Shown: positions 13,310 through 26,152, counted from the first letter of the stretch. The stretch: DNA of 64,000 nt from Octopus sinensis (GCF_006345805.1 NC_043005.1:24986001-25050000), one strand, 5' to 3'. Numbers and translations: made by a program. Notes: generated by a model from the sequence alone, not told the origin.

Positions 13310-13755
13310 ACATTGGCGACTATAACAGATTTGTATTGGTGGCTGTAATAGAGAGAATTAGCAGCTCTAAGAGACTGTACTAGTGGCAGTGATAATACCG
13401 GTGGTGATTGCAATAGTTTGTATATGTGGTCATAATAGTATCGGTGGCTATAATCGTTAGTACTATTAGAATAGTAGATAGCATTGGTGACTAATTATAG
13501 AGAGTATCAGCGGTTGTAATAGATACTATTGATAGGTATAATAGTTAATAATGGTAGTTATGATCGTTATTATTAATGGCTATAATAATTGCTATTACTG
13601 GTTGTGATAGTATTCGAGGCTGTAATAGTATTTATGGCTGTAGCATAGAGTATTGATGGCGTTAACAGATAGTATCGCAAGCTATAATAGTTAGTGTTTG
13701 GTGGCTATAAAAGTTATTGTTAGTGGCAGTAATTGATTATATTGGTGACTGTGTC
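13310..13755. repeat. Degenerate ~20-22-bp minisatellite (TATTGGTGGCTATAATAG-like)
   Basis: Repeating GGTGGCT(A/G)TAATAG motifs. Confidence 0.65.
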
Positions 13756-13789
13756 AGGAGGATCCTGCTTAAGGATTATGTCAGGGATA

Positions 13790-15110
13790 TATGTGTCTGT
13801 GAAATACTAAGTTTCTTACAAACCGAAGTCAATGTGCAGGTGGTACGGTTGATGAAACAAGTGAATATTTAGCGTCGAAGCCGATGGAGAATCATTTACT
13901 TGTTATTCTCTTAAAATCCAGGATCTGTGCGAATGTTGGTCGCTTTTCAGAGAAAAAATTCTTGAGGTATCTCAGGTCAGGGCCAACAACTGTATTTAAC
14001 TGATGGTCATCTAATTACAGGGTAGTGCTGAACTACAGATCAAACGGATGTTATGCTTGTAACAAATCCAGATTTGAGAACATGAATTATGTTGGCAAAT
14101 AACCATTATTACGGCTTGTTAAAATTCGTTAATGCTGTGTTGTAAATATTTTGTGCGATTTCCTCCAGAATGCAATTCATGAACATATGAAATAGAATCC
14201 AGCCAGATTCAGCGCATGTTCGTTGTTTGAGAGGGATCTACACCATTTTCAGTTGATCAACAAGGAAACAGCTGTCGTCAGTGCTGATGACAGGAAGGAT
14301 GGCGGGATAGCTACAACTTTGTCGCTCGCGATTGGACAGTTGTCTGATAGATTTTTGAAGTGTGCGAACTTCGTGGAATCCAGTTTTCTGAAGTTTTTCA
14401 TGTGATTTAACCTGGTTTAGACCGGAAGTTCGATTGGCTTGCTCATTCTCTCTCTCATCTCCTCGTTCTCAAAATGTCATGCTTTACTATGTTTCCTGTC
14501 TTGTACCTTAATTAGTTGTCTCTATCTTGTTGAACCATTAGGTGAGCTTCTTTTCCTTCAGTCGTTCGTACACTTCAAACGGCTTGATTATGGCAGCTTT
14601 GACTGGAAGTTCGATTGGCTTGCTCGTTCTGAATTCAGCACAACACTCTCGAACTTCTCTCAGTTCCACAGTGACGTAGACAAGCTGACAAATTTTATTC
14701 AATTTGATTACCTCCACCTTCGACAGGGACTTCAATGCTTCAGAATTTTCCTCGATGAGCGCAGTGAATTGACAGAATCACTTAGATTTTGGATCCAATT
14801 ACTTGCTGTATTTGTTCCAATTCTCTTCACTCTGTGTTCAAATACCACCGAGGTCATCTTTTCATCCTTTCGGGGGTATATAATCAAGTACCAACGCAGG
14901 GCGGTGAATTCGAGGAACTTTTAGAGGATCGGGAAAGAAACCCTTTCGTATTTGTTCCGGTTCTCCGCGTTCTCACAGTAACGCCAGATACGACACTGTT
15001 GCCAAGTATCGATCCAAGTCGGCAACCTTACCTTTGGATGAAGTTGGTGTTGTGGAGAGAGGAAACTTGCATGTATCTTAAACTGCTAGACTTCCTTTAA
15101 AAAATGTTGC
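13790..15110 (-). mobile_element. Possible decayed Penelope-like element 5' region, with a family B fragment at ~14830-14910
   Basis: Weak: minus-strand peptide DKVVAIPPSFLSSALTTAVSLL recalls the PLE VVNLS..LS..E..LL motif, and there is an AAG|GTAAGG donor at ~15035; many stops. Confidence 0.3.
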
Positions 15111-15121
15111 TCAGGTCTCTT

Positions 15122-15530
15122 TACTCTTTTTTACTCTTTTACTTGGTTCAGTCATTTGACTGCGGCCATGCTGGAGCACCACCTTTAATCGAGCAACTCG
15201 ACTCCGGGACTTATTCTTTTGTAAGCCCAGTACTTATTCTATCGGTCTCTTTTGCCGAACCGTAACGGGGACATAAACACACCAGCATCGGTTGTCAAGC
15301 AATGCTAGGGGGATAAACAGAGACACAAACACACACACGCATATATATATATATATACATATATACGACGGGCTTCTTTCAGTTTCCGTCTACCAAATCC
15401 ACTCACAAGGCTTTGGTCGGCCCGAGGCTATAGCAGAAGACACTTGCCTAAGATGCCACGCAGTGGGACTGAACCCGGAACCATGTGGTTGGTAAACAAG
15501 CTACTTACCACACAGCCACTCCTGCGCCTA
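15122..15530 (-). mobile_element. SINE family A, full length
   Basis: Near-consensus reverse complement. Confidence 0.9.
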
Positions 15531-16694
15531 TGTATCTGTGTATATATGTGCAGAAGTATGTTCAACTTTGGGCGATGGAGGTCATCTTTCTCGAGGAAAC
15601 ACTACTAGAAGCCAGTGGTACTTTTTTCCTTCCAGTGACTTAAAAACAATTCCTTACTTCGACTGTGTACAGGCACTATTGTTCAAAACGAGATGGGAGC
15701 TTCCCTGTCGATCTTCTCCTTGACTTATGACAGTTTCGAGCTATTAAAAACTCAATTTCACTTTCTTCGACACAATTACAATTAGGGTCGACAGCGTTAA
15801 AGCTATTACAGTCTTTTGTCTTCCTCACGCTGTTGTACTACTTTTTCCTCACGAGGATCAAGTCCAGTTGTTAATATTATACAAGCTCTCTTGCGCTCAT
15901 ATCTCACCAGCTCACTTCTGAGATTGTGTGTTAGCATAGATAAAACTGTGTTCCCGAAGAGAGCGTCCCATTAATTCTCCTTTGCGCTTGGTGAGGTCAT
16001 GGAATGAGTACAGTACGTCTTCTGAACCAACTCGAGTCGTTGAAATCAAGCGATTATAATTCGCCACTGTTCCGCCATTTCAAAGATTCACATAAAACGT
16101 TCTCAACATCCTCTTTGCCCACGGAGTTATGAAATGAGTTGCCCACTCTGCTGCTTCTGATAAGGCTTTCAAACCTAACAACTTAGATACGATCTCTATG
16201 GAGGATTAACCTCAATAGCGTTATCCTCATCTCCTGGCTAAACATGAATTGAACTCCACCCAGCTCCCTGTTTGCTCTATCTCTTTCAGTCTCTCTTCCT
16301 CACTCTCTCACTCCCTTTACCTTTCGATGGATAATGTTAATAAGTGGATTTCTTCTGTTTCTTATAACATCAGCTCACCGTCAAGGTACGTATGTCGGTC
16401 ATCTTGGATCCCTAGGATGTGTATCTCGTGGTTACTTACTCTCGGTGCCTGATCTGTATATCAAGGTAAGAATCAAATCGTCTATATATTGAAGGTTGAT
16501 AATGCCTTTATATTCTTACAACTCAATCGAAGTTCTGAGTTGAAATCCCGCTGAGATCAACTCTGCCTTTATGAGATCGATAAAATAATCACATCTCAAG
16601 TGTTGAGATAGATTCAGTAGAGCGTGTCAATTACTCTGTTGAAAACTTGGTGAACCTTAACCAATCAATGTAAGACATTATTATTTCTGTTTCA

Positions 16695-16909
16695 AGGCGG
16701 TGAGCTGACAGAAACGTTAGCACGCCGGGCGGAATGCTTAGCGGTATTTCGTCCGTCTTTACGTTCTGAGTTCAAATTTCGACGAGGTCGACTTTGCCTT
16801 TCATCCTTTCGGGGTCGATAAATTAAGTACCAGTTGCATGCTGGGATCAATCTAATCGACTAGCCCCTCTCTCCGAAAACTTTCGGGGCTTGTGCCGAGA
16901 GTAGAAAAG
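16695..16909 (+). mobile_element. SINE family B, full length with TSD
   Basis: Flanked by ATTATTTCTGTTTCA (16680-16694 and 16910-16924). Confidence 0.9.
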
Positions 16910-17134
16910 ATTATTTCTGTTTCAGATCATAGACCTTCCATACTGAAAGTGACTCTTCTGTTTTGACGGAGAAATCAATGTTTTAAATGGTTTAAAAGGA
17001 GAGTTTTGGGTTCAATAATGATCATCGATAATATATAGTGCGTATATAATATGAAGCATTTGTCGTAATATAGTTTCAATAATTGTTTTCTGTGAGTTTA
17101 GTTCTTATGCGAGGAAGGTAATCATCTGTGTTTG

Positions 17135-17325
17135 ACCTCCCCCCGCATCGCTTAACAGCCGATATTGGTGTGTTTACGTCCCCGTAACTTAGCGGTTGGG
17201 CAAAAAGGACCGATAGAATAAATCTAGGCTTACAAAGAATAAGTCATGTGGTCGGTTTGTTCGAATAAAGGCGGGGCTCCAGCGTGGCCGCAGTCAAATG
17301 ACTGAAACAACTAAAAGAATAAAAG
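17135..17325 (+). mobile_element. SINE family A 3' half
   Basis: Matches the A tail. Confidence 0.8.
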
Positions 17326-17326
17326 G

Positions 17327-17357
<31 letters not shown>

Positions 17358-17363
17358 TATATA

Positions 17364-17398
<35 letters not shown>

Positions 17399-17540
17399 AG
17401 AGGTGAGGACCAAAATCCCTCAAGGGATGTCAAATATCCAAGTCTACCGGCACAGTCTAAACAAAGAATATATATAAAAATATATACATATTTACATTAT
17501 TTACATTTGACGGATATTTGTCCTCATCTTGTTTGTTGTT

Positions 17541-17586
17541 AACACAACGTTTCGCCTGATATACCCTTCAGTCTTCATCAGGTGCC
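17541..17586 (-). ncRNA. Minimal type I hammerhead ribozyme in a (TA)n-anchored cassette (17399-17640)
   Basis: Minus: GGCAC-CTGATGA-A-GACTG..CAGGC-GAAAC-GTT-GTGTT. Palindromic AACGTT stem III, helix II with one mismatch, helix I of 3 WC + 2 GU pairs; non-optimal GUU triplet. Confidence 0.65.
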
Positions 17587-17694
17587 TTGTGGAAATTTCG
17601 AACCTCGGTTCTCATTCCTAAGGTATTTTTCGATGTTGGTGTTGTTGTTATTATTACTTTTATTATTATTATTATGATTATTATTATTATTATT

Positions 17695-18252
17695 GAGTGG
17701 GAGAGCAGTGCATGCCATCAAAGTGACACTGGGGTAAAATATACGAAGCCCACTATACTCATCATGACTACTTATCTGATAAGGGTACACCAGGTACATG
17801 CATCACAACCATATGTGCGCGACATGGTGATCTCATATCAAGATAAACTGTACATGAACTTGCAGGTGGGGCCCAGTTAGAATTTTCTTCTGGTCGAGTA
17901 GCCCATCTCGCTCCAAAGGTCCCTGAATAAGGATTGTTTAAGGATGTTTAAGAACGAAATACCCATGTTTCCAGAGGTGAATTATTCAAACCCCCAAAGA
18001 ATTCCTTTCAACACACGGCTATGATGCCCCCCCACTACTTCTGCTCATGATCAGAGATGCACATATCGTCAGCCACTAAGGGACATGGTCAATTGGTTAT
18101 GGTCAAACAAATGACAAGCAAGTCTGTGGTATTGAGCGGAATATTTGCTGTAGCCCATCTTTTATACCAAGAGAAAACAATGTACATGATAACACTTCCA
18201 ATCAGTTAAGATCAGAAGCCATGAGAGCCACTGTCTGGTACTGCATCAGGGC

Positions 18253-18254
<2 letters not shown>
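17695..18254 (-). mobile_element. ~560-bp non-coding element inserted in (TAA)n (putative non-autonomous retroelement)
   Basis: Unique mixed-composition block with (ATT)n directly at both ends; no credible ORF; strand assumed from the neighbouring TAA-tailed elements. Confidence 0.55.
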
Positions 18255-18290
<36 letters not shown>

Positions 18291-18321
18291 TATTATTATT
18301 ATCATCATCATCATCATCATC

Positions 18322-18353
<32 letters not shown>

Positions 18354-18357
18354 TATT

Positions 18358-19510
18358 CAGTAGTTTTATTTTTATAGCGTGCTTTCACTTCACTACCGAG
18401 CGCAGCTCTGTGTGCTTTGGGTATGTGCTGTGATTTGTTGTGATGCCCTGATGGTTATTGTATGGAAAGTGTTCTGCGTAGGATGTGTGCAGTGCCTAGT
18501 AGTGCAATTTTCTGTATGTTATATGTGTTTGTAAGTCCTGGTGTTTTTGTTATGTATTTGTCTGAATATTTTTTTATCATGCCTAATGCACCTACTATGA
18601 TAGGAATTGTTTCTGTTTTCAGGTTTTCAGTTCTTTGATTATTTTATTTTTTATATTATCATAATCATTAGGCTCCCCTTCGTTGTTTACATCGTGTTTG
18701 TTGGGAATGTTGCGTTTGTCTTCGTGTTTTACAGTTTCAGTGTTTATATTATTGGGCATTGTTGTGTGGCTTCTATCTACATTTTCCTGGTGTATTTTTT
18801 CTTTTAAATGTTCTATTTCTATTTCTGATATTTTTTTGGCTTTGAGAATGTATCTTCGTACGTTAGCTAATTTATTAGGGTTCATTGCTGTATCCAAGTC
18901 TATATCTCTATTATTTTCCTTCCATATTTTATATGTATGTGTTGTTGTATTTTCATTTTGTGGGTAGAGCATTGCTGTGAAGTATGCGTGTAAGATAGAA
19001 ATGTATTCCTCACGTGTCCATTTACGTCTTTTGGGTTTTAATTGCGGGACATGAGGTACAACGTCCGGCCCATTATTTTGACGGTCGTCATTTTCGTAGG
19101 GTACCGGTCCGTTTATTCTGTTGTCACATTATTTCGCACGTGTAGTTTTTCGTACATTTTTTGTTGTAGGTTTAATGTACGTACCGCTCGATTGTTATTC
19201 TTGGTTGAATAGTATCGGTGGCATTTAATTTCTTCGTAGTTCCTTTGTACATGGTGTTTGAGGTCGGGGATGATCGTGTTGTTCCACGCATGTTTACATG
19301 TGTTGTGTTAGAGGTGGAGATAATATCGAGTCAAAATACATCATTTCGTTTCGAAAATAGTAATAAATTTCAATTCGTATTACTTACTCGGATATAGTCC
19401 AATTCTTTGTTAGTAAATCTTTGGCTCCATAGGGTGTCCTTGTTTTCGATGTTTGTGGATAGATTTCGGAGCTCTGTATTTTCCTTCTTACATCTTAAAC
19501 GTCCCCGGTG

Positions 19511-19512
<2 letters not shown>
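18358..19512 (-). mobile_element. Internally deleted Dong/R4-type (RLE) LINE derivative retaining both termini
   Basis: N-terminal RKWTREEYISILHAYFTAMLYPQ...MNPNKLANVRRYI joined at ~18623 to C-terminal LKTETIPIIVGALG...IQKIALLGTAHILRRTLSIQ*; (TAA)n on both sides. Confidence 0.8.
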
Positions 19513-19568
<56 letters not shown>

Positions 19569-19588
19569 CATTATTATTATTATTATTA

Positions 19589-19631
<43 letters not shown>

Positions 19632-19677
19632 CATTGTTATTATTATTATTATTATTATTATCATATTATTATTATTA

Positions 19678-19771
<94 letters not shown>

Positions 19772-19797
19772 TGGTCACTGCCAGGAAACAAACTCGG

Positions 19798-19885
<88 letters not shown>
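19513..19885. repeat. (ATT)n tract followed by compound (CT)n(TA)n(GA)n
   Basis: Seen directly. Confidence 0.95.
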
Positions 19886-20237
19886 ATAATTGAGATTCAG
19901 TTGAATTAGGTACTTAAATTGAGGCACCAGTCAATCCGGTATTATCCGCATAAGTCGAAGTAAGGTGAATAAAATCAAAATAAGCAACAGGATATCAAGT
20001 ATTGATGCAATACGACCGTTTCAAGCGGCTCCATTTAATTGAACAATGCAATGATTAACTCAATTTAAATGCAAGTGTATATATATGTATAGTCATAGGA
20101 TATAGGTAAATAGGTGAGCTCACAGGAAAAAAAACTCGTAGTGTATATCTAGTCTGCTTCTCTCATCTCTATATTCCCCTCTATACCCAATACTTAGATG
20201 CATACTAAAAAGTGAAAAACACATATTCGACCGAGGT

Positions 20238-20304
<67 letters not shown>

Positions 20305-20931
20305 ACATACACACGCATGCACACACACACACACACACACACACAAACGATGAAAAATGGCGACTGTATGCTCTAGGAATATAAATTTATAAACATAATA
20401 AAGAGACGGCATGGGCAAGATTTATGATAATGATAAAAACAGTTGCCATTTCAGTGACACAACAAGATAATGCGAAGCATCTAGTTCAGCATCTGCTTTG
20501 TCTTTTACTTCCAACATGATTCTTTTATTGTGGAAGAAGACAGACGCCTCACCGCCCCCAAAACGGTTCCTCGAGGGAAAGTAAAAGTTACCATGATTGA
20601 TGTCGTTGTTGTTCATGCGGTTATTGGTCTAACACTGAACTAGATGGCCTCACCCTATAGAAAAAAATATACATATATACACATGCAAACACACAAGTAC
20701 ACATACACATACACAGACAGACTCACACATTCATACACACGCATACATTTGGGTATATATGTTTGTATATGCACATATTTATGTACACATACGTACGCAT
20801 ACATAGGTACACACACATGTATGTATATATATATAGTTAATCCAAACATGAAAGCACAAAAAAACACAACGCGAGGACGTGGAACAAATATAGTATTATT
20901 AGACGCTCACGAAAGAAGGGAAGAAGGCGGG

Positions 20932-20964
20932 TTTAACGTTTCGAGCGGAGCTCTTCGTCGGAAA
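20932..20964 (-). ncRNA. Minimal hammerhead-like motif with U4C core change, in a (TA)n-anchored cassette (~20833-21010)
   Basis: Minus: TTT-CCGACGA-A-GAGC-TCC-GCTC-GAAAC-GTT-AAA. Confidence 0.55.
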
Positions 20965-21037
20965 TATAGGAGAAGGAAAGAGCCAGAGAAGGGAAGACAG
21001 AGGAAAAAAAATCGCTAACGGTACACATGCGGTCACA

Positions 21038-21080
<43 letters not shown>

Positions 21081-21376
21081 GTATATATGTATGTATGTAT
21101 GTATGTACGTATGTACACATCTTAAACGAAAAATAAAAAAAAACTATCTGTATTCATCGAAATGACTTAACAGCCATATAAAATCGGTGGCCAGTAGAAA
21201 CACTTTGAAGTACTTTGTGCTGTAAATAACTGACCCTATGTAAGTGATCTTTCAACTTCGAGGTGACTGTCACAAAAACACCTAAAGACCTAAGAACGAG
21301 ACGAAAAAATAATGAGAAGATTTTAGAACTTCTAAAGTAAAAGACTGAATTTTATGCGCTCGCTACTCTCACCTTC

Positions 21377-21994
21377 AAGGGCAGCGAGTTGGCAGAAACG
21401 TTAGTACGCCGAGCGAAATATTTAGCGATATTTCGTCTGCCGTGACGTTCTGAGTTCAAATTCCGCCGAGGTCGACTTTGCCTTTCATCCTTTAGGGGTC
21501 GATAAATTAAGTACCAATTACGCACTGGGGTCGATGTAATCGACTTAATCCCCTTGTCTGTCCTTGTTTGTCATCTCTGTGTTTAGCCCCTTGTGAGTAG
21601 TAAAGAAATAGGTATTTCGTCTGCCGTGACGTTCTGAGTTCAAATTCCGCCGAGGTCGACTTTGCCTTTCATTCTTTCGGGGTCGATAAATTAAGTACCA
21701 GTTACGCACTGGGGTCGATATATTCGATTTAATCCGTTTGTCTGCCCTTGTTTGTCCTCTCTGTGTTTAGCCCCTTGTGGGCAATAAAGAAATAAGAAAC
21801 GCTAGCAAGCCGGGCGAAATACTTAGTGGTATTTCGTCTGTCTTTATGTTCTGAGTTCAAATTGCGCCGACGTCGACTTAACCTTTCATCCTTTTGGGGT
21901 CGGTAAATTAAACACCAGTTGCGTACTGAGGTCGATCTAATCGACTGGCCCCGTCCCCCAAAATTTCGGGCCTTGTGCCTAGAGTAGAAAAGGT
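21377..21994 (+). mobile_element. Trimeric SINE family B (184-bp internal tandem units) with 13-bp TSD
   Basis: TATTTCGTCTG unit starts at ~21429, ~21613 and ~21830; TACTCTCACCTTC at 21364-21376 and 21995-22007. Confidence 0.85.
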
Positions 21995-22152
21995 TACTCT
22001 CACCTTCCGTGCATGAGTTTAGTTTTAAAATAAAATTGTTTTACTCTCATGTAGTGTGGATTTGAAGAACAACATGGAGGCCACGGGCAACATTTCATCT
22101 CTGTCTCACCTTTTTGCCTGTGTCTCTCTCCCTTTATGTATGTAAGCACATA

Positions 22153-22233
22153 TAATTCTGAAAGGGAATGAGAAATAAAAACGTTTACCCTATTAGGGCA
22201 AACGTTTTTAATTCTCATTCCCTTTCAGAATTA
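22153..22233. repeat. 81-bp near-perfect hairpin (39-bp arms, 3-nt spacer, 2 mismatches)
   Basis: TAATTCTGAAAGGGAATGAGAAATAAAAACGTTTACCCT-ATT-AGGGCAAACGTTTTTAATTCTCATTCCCTTTCAGAATTA. Confidence 0.9.
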
Positions 22234-23135
22234 CAACTATTAGTGGTTTGGTGTTCAACTGCTGTTTCTAGTGAGTCAGATGTCCTATTATGGTCCTCTC
22301 TTATGTGTTTAAATGTACACTGTATTTTTCTATGAATAATATATAGTCTATTGACTAAATTTTCTTTCTCGCTAGATCACTGGTAGCAAAGAATTTTTCT
22401 AAAATTTTTTTGGTACCCTAAAATTTATCAATTAATGATAAAAGGTTTTTTGGCTAATTTTGAAAGAAAACAGCGCGTGCGTGGTGGATTTTGAAAAGTT
22501 ATAACATATAAACACGAGGCATGGTCTTTATCGCGCGCGCACACACACACACACACACACGCACACACACACACCACACACACACACACTCACACATACA
22601 CACACATATATATAGAGAGAGGGAGATGGAAATACATGCATTATTGTTACACATTTATGTACACATACACATGTATGTATGCAATATGTCTGTTATAACC
22701 ACACACACACACACACACACACACGTACACACACGCACAGGTACACACACACACACACACATGAATAGAAAGTAAAGGAGAAAGAAGAGATGAAGTTGAT
22801 ATTTTACAGAGTAGAAGATAAAAATGTCAAGGTATGAAGTTATGAAATATCTGCCTTTCTCGAGAGCCATACAAAAAAACATGTTTACATATTTCCTTGT
22901 TAAATGTTTTTTAATGCGTTTTACTAGTACACACACTGGAAAACACTATCTTGCTTTTTTTTTGCCTTTTGTTTGTTTGTTTTTGCTAGCAAATCAATCA
23001 TAATTATTTTATGTGTATATCAGAGCGATCAGGAGTTCATGCTTGACCTGATGTTAACCAAATGATATTTAAGGATTTGACCAAAGTAGGACACCAAAGA
23101 ACATAATTCGTCTTTGAAATTAAAGATTAACAAGA

Positions 23136-23525
23136 GGCGCGGGCGTGGCTGTGTGGTAAGAAGCTTGCTTCTGAACCACATGGTTCAGGGTTCAGTCCCA
23201 CAGCGAGACACCTTGGGTAAACGTCTTCTACTATAGCCTCAGGCCTACAAAAGCCTTATGAGTGGATTTGGTAGACGGAGACCGAAAGAAGCCTATTGCA
23301 TATATATGTATATATTTGTGTGCGTCTTTGTGTCTGTGTTCGTCCCCGCCATCGACGCTTGACAACTGGTGTTGATGTGTTTACGTTCCCGTAACATAGC
23401 GGTTCGGCAAAATGGACCGATAGAATAAGTATCAGGCCTACAAAGAATAAGTCCTGGGGGTCTATTTGTTCGACTAAAGACGGTGCTCCAGCATGGTCAC
23501 AATCTGAAACAAGTAAAAGAATAAG
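23136..23525 (+). mobile_element. SINE family A, full length
   Basis: Matches A consensus. Confidence 0.85.
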
Positions 23526-24296
23526 TAAAAAAAAAAAACTATAACTTTAATGATTAATTTCGATCAAGAAATTTCATCACAGAAAAATCTTTACATCGGT
23601 CAAATTTTCTTAGCTCTGATATGTACTGGTAAGGCTATCATTTGCTGAAAAGGTCCAATAACACGGAAACATATCTCAAGTTTTCATCCTTGCAAGGGAT
23701 TATGCTCACTCCGCACTGCATGTTCTCTATTTACTTTTTAAAAAATAATTCTAATATTTAGGTTTCGCAGTTGACTCCCTCATCTCTCTCTTGTTTCAAA
23801 TTAATCGTTGAAACTAACAAATTTTGATTCCAGTTGAAATATGCACAAGAGAAATTTGAACCCGGAAAAAGGCTCTTCACAGAAGTTTGTCATGCAGTAT
23901 TCCCGCCTCCTCACTTCTGGTATAATCTCATTTTAATTAATGTAACATTATTTTAGCTAACCCCATTAAGTACATTAGCCTTCTCTTAACTCTCCTAATG
24001 CAAGCCTCACATAAACTTTTTTGTAAAGGAAATCTGATCTGTCTAATAATTAGATAGATCAAAGTTTACTTTCTTCCGATAAATCTCACACGCCTACCAA
24101 TTCGATAATTCAATAAATCAATTTTTTTTTCCAATTCCATCTCCAGATAACTGATGTTTTCGTTCATTCCAGCAACTTAATGGAACAAAATTAATATTCG
24201 GAAATTTTCTGAAATTTCATTTCCTACTAAAAACAGTGACGGGGGCATGAACGATCGTTCGCATATATTTATTACTGTTGCCGTCCTAGTCGTCGT

Positions 24297-24353
<57 letters not shown>

Positions 24354-24526
24354 CGACGACGACGTTGATGATGGGGGATGCTGCTGCCACTGCTGCTGAT
24401 GATAGTGATGAGGATTGTGGTGCTGGCTGTGATGTTGTTTAGTTCTAAGTTAACCCTCATTGAGCAGCCTTAGGATTAAATACATACAAATCCTCACTAT
24501 GGCAACTGATCCCTTTTCTTCTTCAA

Positions 24527-24749
24527 CCCATTAAGTCCCACTGTCCTATAATTAGGACACTAAATGAGAACCTTAAATAAGCTACATCACATTGTCTCAG
24601 TGTCCTATTTATAGGACACCGAGTATTTCCATTTCTACTTGAAATAAAAGAGTTTTAATAATTATTTTTTTCATTTTAACCTATTTTCAATCATTTGTAA
24701 AAATTTTAAAGTAATATTCAGAAATTTAAATACTCCGGGGCTTAAAGGG
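24527..24749. mobile_element. piggyBac-type MITE
   Basis: Ends CCCATTAAGTCCC... and ...GGGGCTTAAAGGG; right flank TTAA, left flank TCAA (degenerate TTAA TSD). Confidence 0.55.
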
Positions 24750-25129
24750 TTAAGCTGGTAAAATTCAATTTCAGAAAGGTTTGGCTGCTCTGTCTATATC
24801 TATGAGGGCCATCAATCACTTAATGATCCCCTGTATTCAGCGATGCACAATCCACAATCCTTACCAACCACTACCCTCACCAATCCACCGTGGTGTAAAA
24901 ACCTCTCAGCTAAAGCTCAAATCTTCACGTCAAATACTGATCACTATCACTGCTCTGCACACGAGTCATTTGGCAATCATTTAATGAAGCATGGCGAATA
25001 TTCAACAACCCAGTGCTGCTTACTTCCAGTTTTTACCCCATAGCCATAAGCAATTAAGAAATCTTCACTTAAATGTTTCACTCGTAGTTAGAAATGGAAT
25101 TGGGGCCTCCAGATCAAGTGAAATTTTAC

Positions 25130-25310
25130 TTCGATGCTACAACGCTGTAGAAACCGTTGAGCGCCAGATGCAGTTGTTCTTAGATGCCACATGTTTGAGA
25201 CACTGCTTCAAGTGTTTTATAGATGTGTTGCTGTCTGCTGGGACTGACATATCTATGAACAAACATGTTTTGTCACCGTCATTTTTAACCGCTGTATCTG
25301 ATCATCGTTT
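25130..25310 (-). mobile_element. Dong/R4-type RLE domain fragment
   Basis: KTCLFIDMSVPADSN...MWHLRT-like translation, homologous to 47150-47380. Confidence 0.55.
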
Positions 25311-25786
25311 TTGAAATTTGAATATATTTTAAACTCCTTTCAGACAAATGGCTGTGGAATACCAAGTACAAAACACCACTTAAAAAAAGAAAAAAAAGAA
25401 AGAAAAAGAAACGAACAAATTTATCTGACAACCCAATATTTTAGCCACATTGTCTGAGACATAGCAGCCAGTGTCGATATAAGATTACGAACCAGCGCCC
25501 AGTTGGTTGCCTGCCGTTCCACCAATACGGCTATTTCCACCCACATTTAAATATACATCTTCCAGTAAACATCTAACCATACTCTCATCCAAAAACTTAT
25601 AGAAAATTCTGAAACTTTAAATTTACATGCTTCCAGTCATTGCTGTTCTATAAATCTTAGTCTATTTGGCTTCGCGCCAAAACAAATGCAGAAACGTTTA
25701 GACATTTTAAAGTGCAAATAGAAGTACAGTGAACAACATTTTCTTATTAACTGCAAGAAGCTGTTTTCTCTTCAGAGACTGTAAAT

Positions 25787-25832
<46 letters not shown>

Positions 25833-25841
25833 GTAATAATT

Positions 25842-26152
25842 ATCGCATAGGTATGTTATAAGGAAGAAAGAAAAGTCGATAGGTATGACAGGTTAGCTTG
25901 GGAGGTAAAGCAGTTGTGGTCGATGAAGAGGGTGGTAGTGGTGCCAATAACTGTCGGAGCCCTGGGAACAGTGAGTAAAAATCTCGAGAAGTACATAGAA
26001 CAAATAGGGGCTGCAATAAGGGTGGAGCACTTGCAGAAAACTTGGAACCTTTGAATACATCGGAAGGTGCTCAAAAAATAAGAGGTGTTACCTTAGTTCA
26101 CTGGTGGTGAACAGCTGACACCATAGTACATCTCCAGCGTTAGAAGCTGTGC
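25842..26152 (+). mobile_element. 5'-truncated Dong/R4-type LINE 3' end in (TAA)n
   Basis: EERKVDRYDRLAWEVKQLWSMKRVVVVPITVGALGTVSKNLEKY; (TAA)n on both sides; same 3' UTR at 26452-26499 and 48902-49092. Confidence 0.8.

Noticed and set aside
15560-16280. Possible decayed LINE endonuclease region (minus strand)
   Set aside because: Too degenerate; no diagnostic motif survives in any frame.
18195-18250. Faint resemblance to U2 snRNA segments
   Set aside because: Only short, gapped matches; no Sm site or branch-point recognition sequence.
20422-20662. ORF MNNNDINHG... with a possible acceptor and donor, plus a 12-bp inverted repeat (CATCTAGTTCAG / CTGAACTAGATG) suggesting a C/D snoRNA
   Set aside because: No recognisable protein, no C box next to the stem and no TSD; insufficient support.
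21429-21830. Repeat-spacer pattern resembling a CRISPR array
   Set aside because: Units are 184-bp SINE bodies with identical linkers in eukaryotic DNA; no unique spacers or cas genes.
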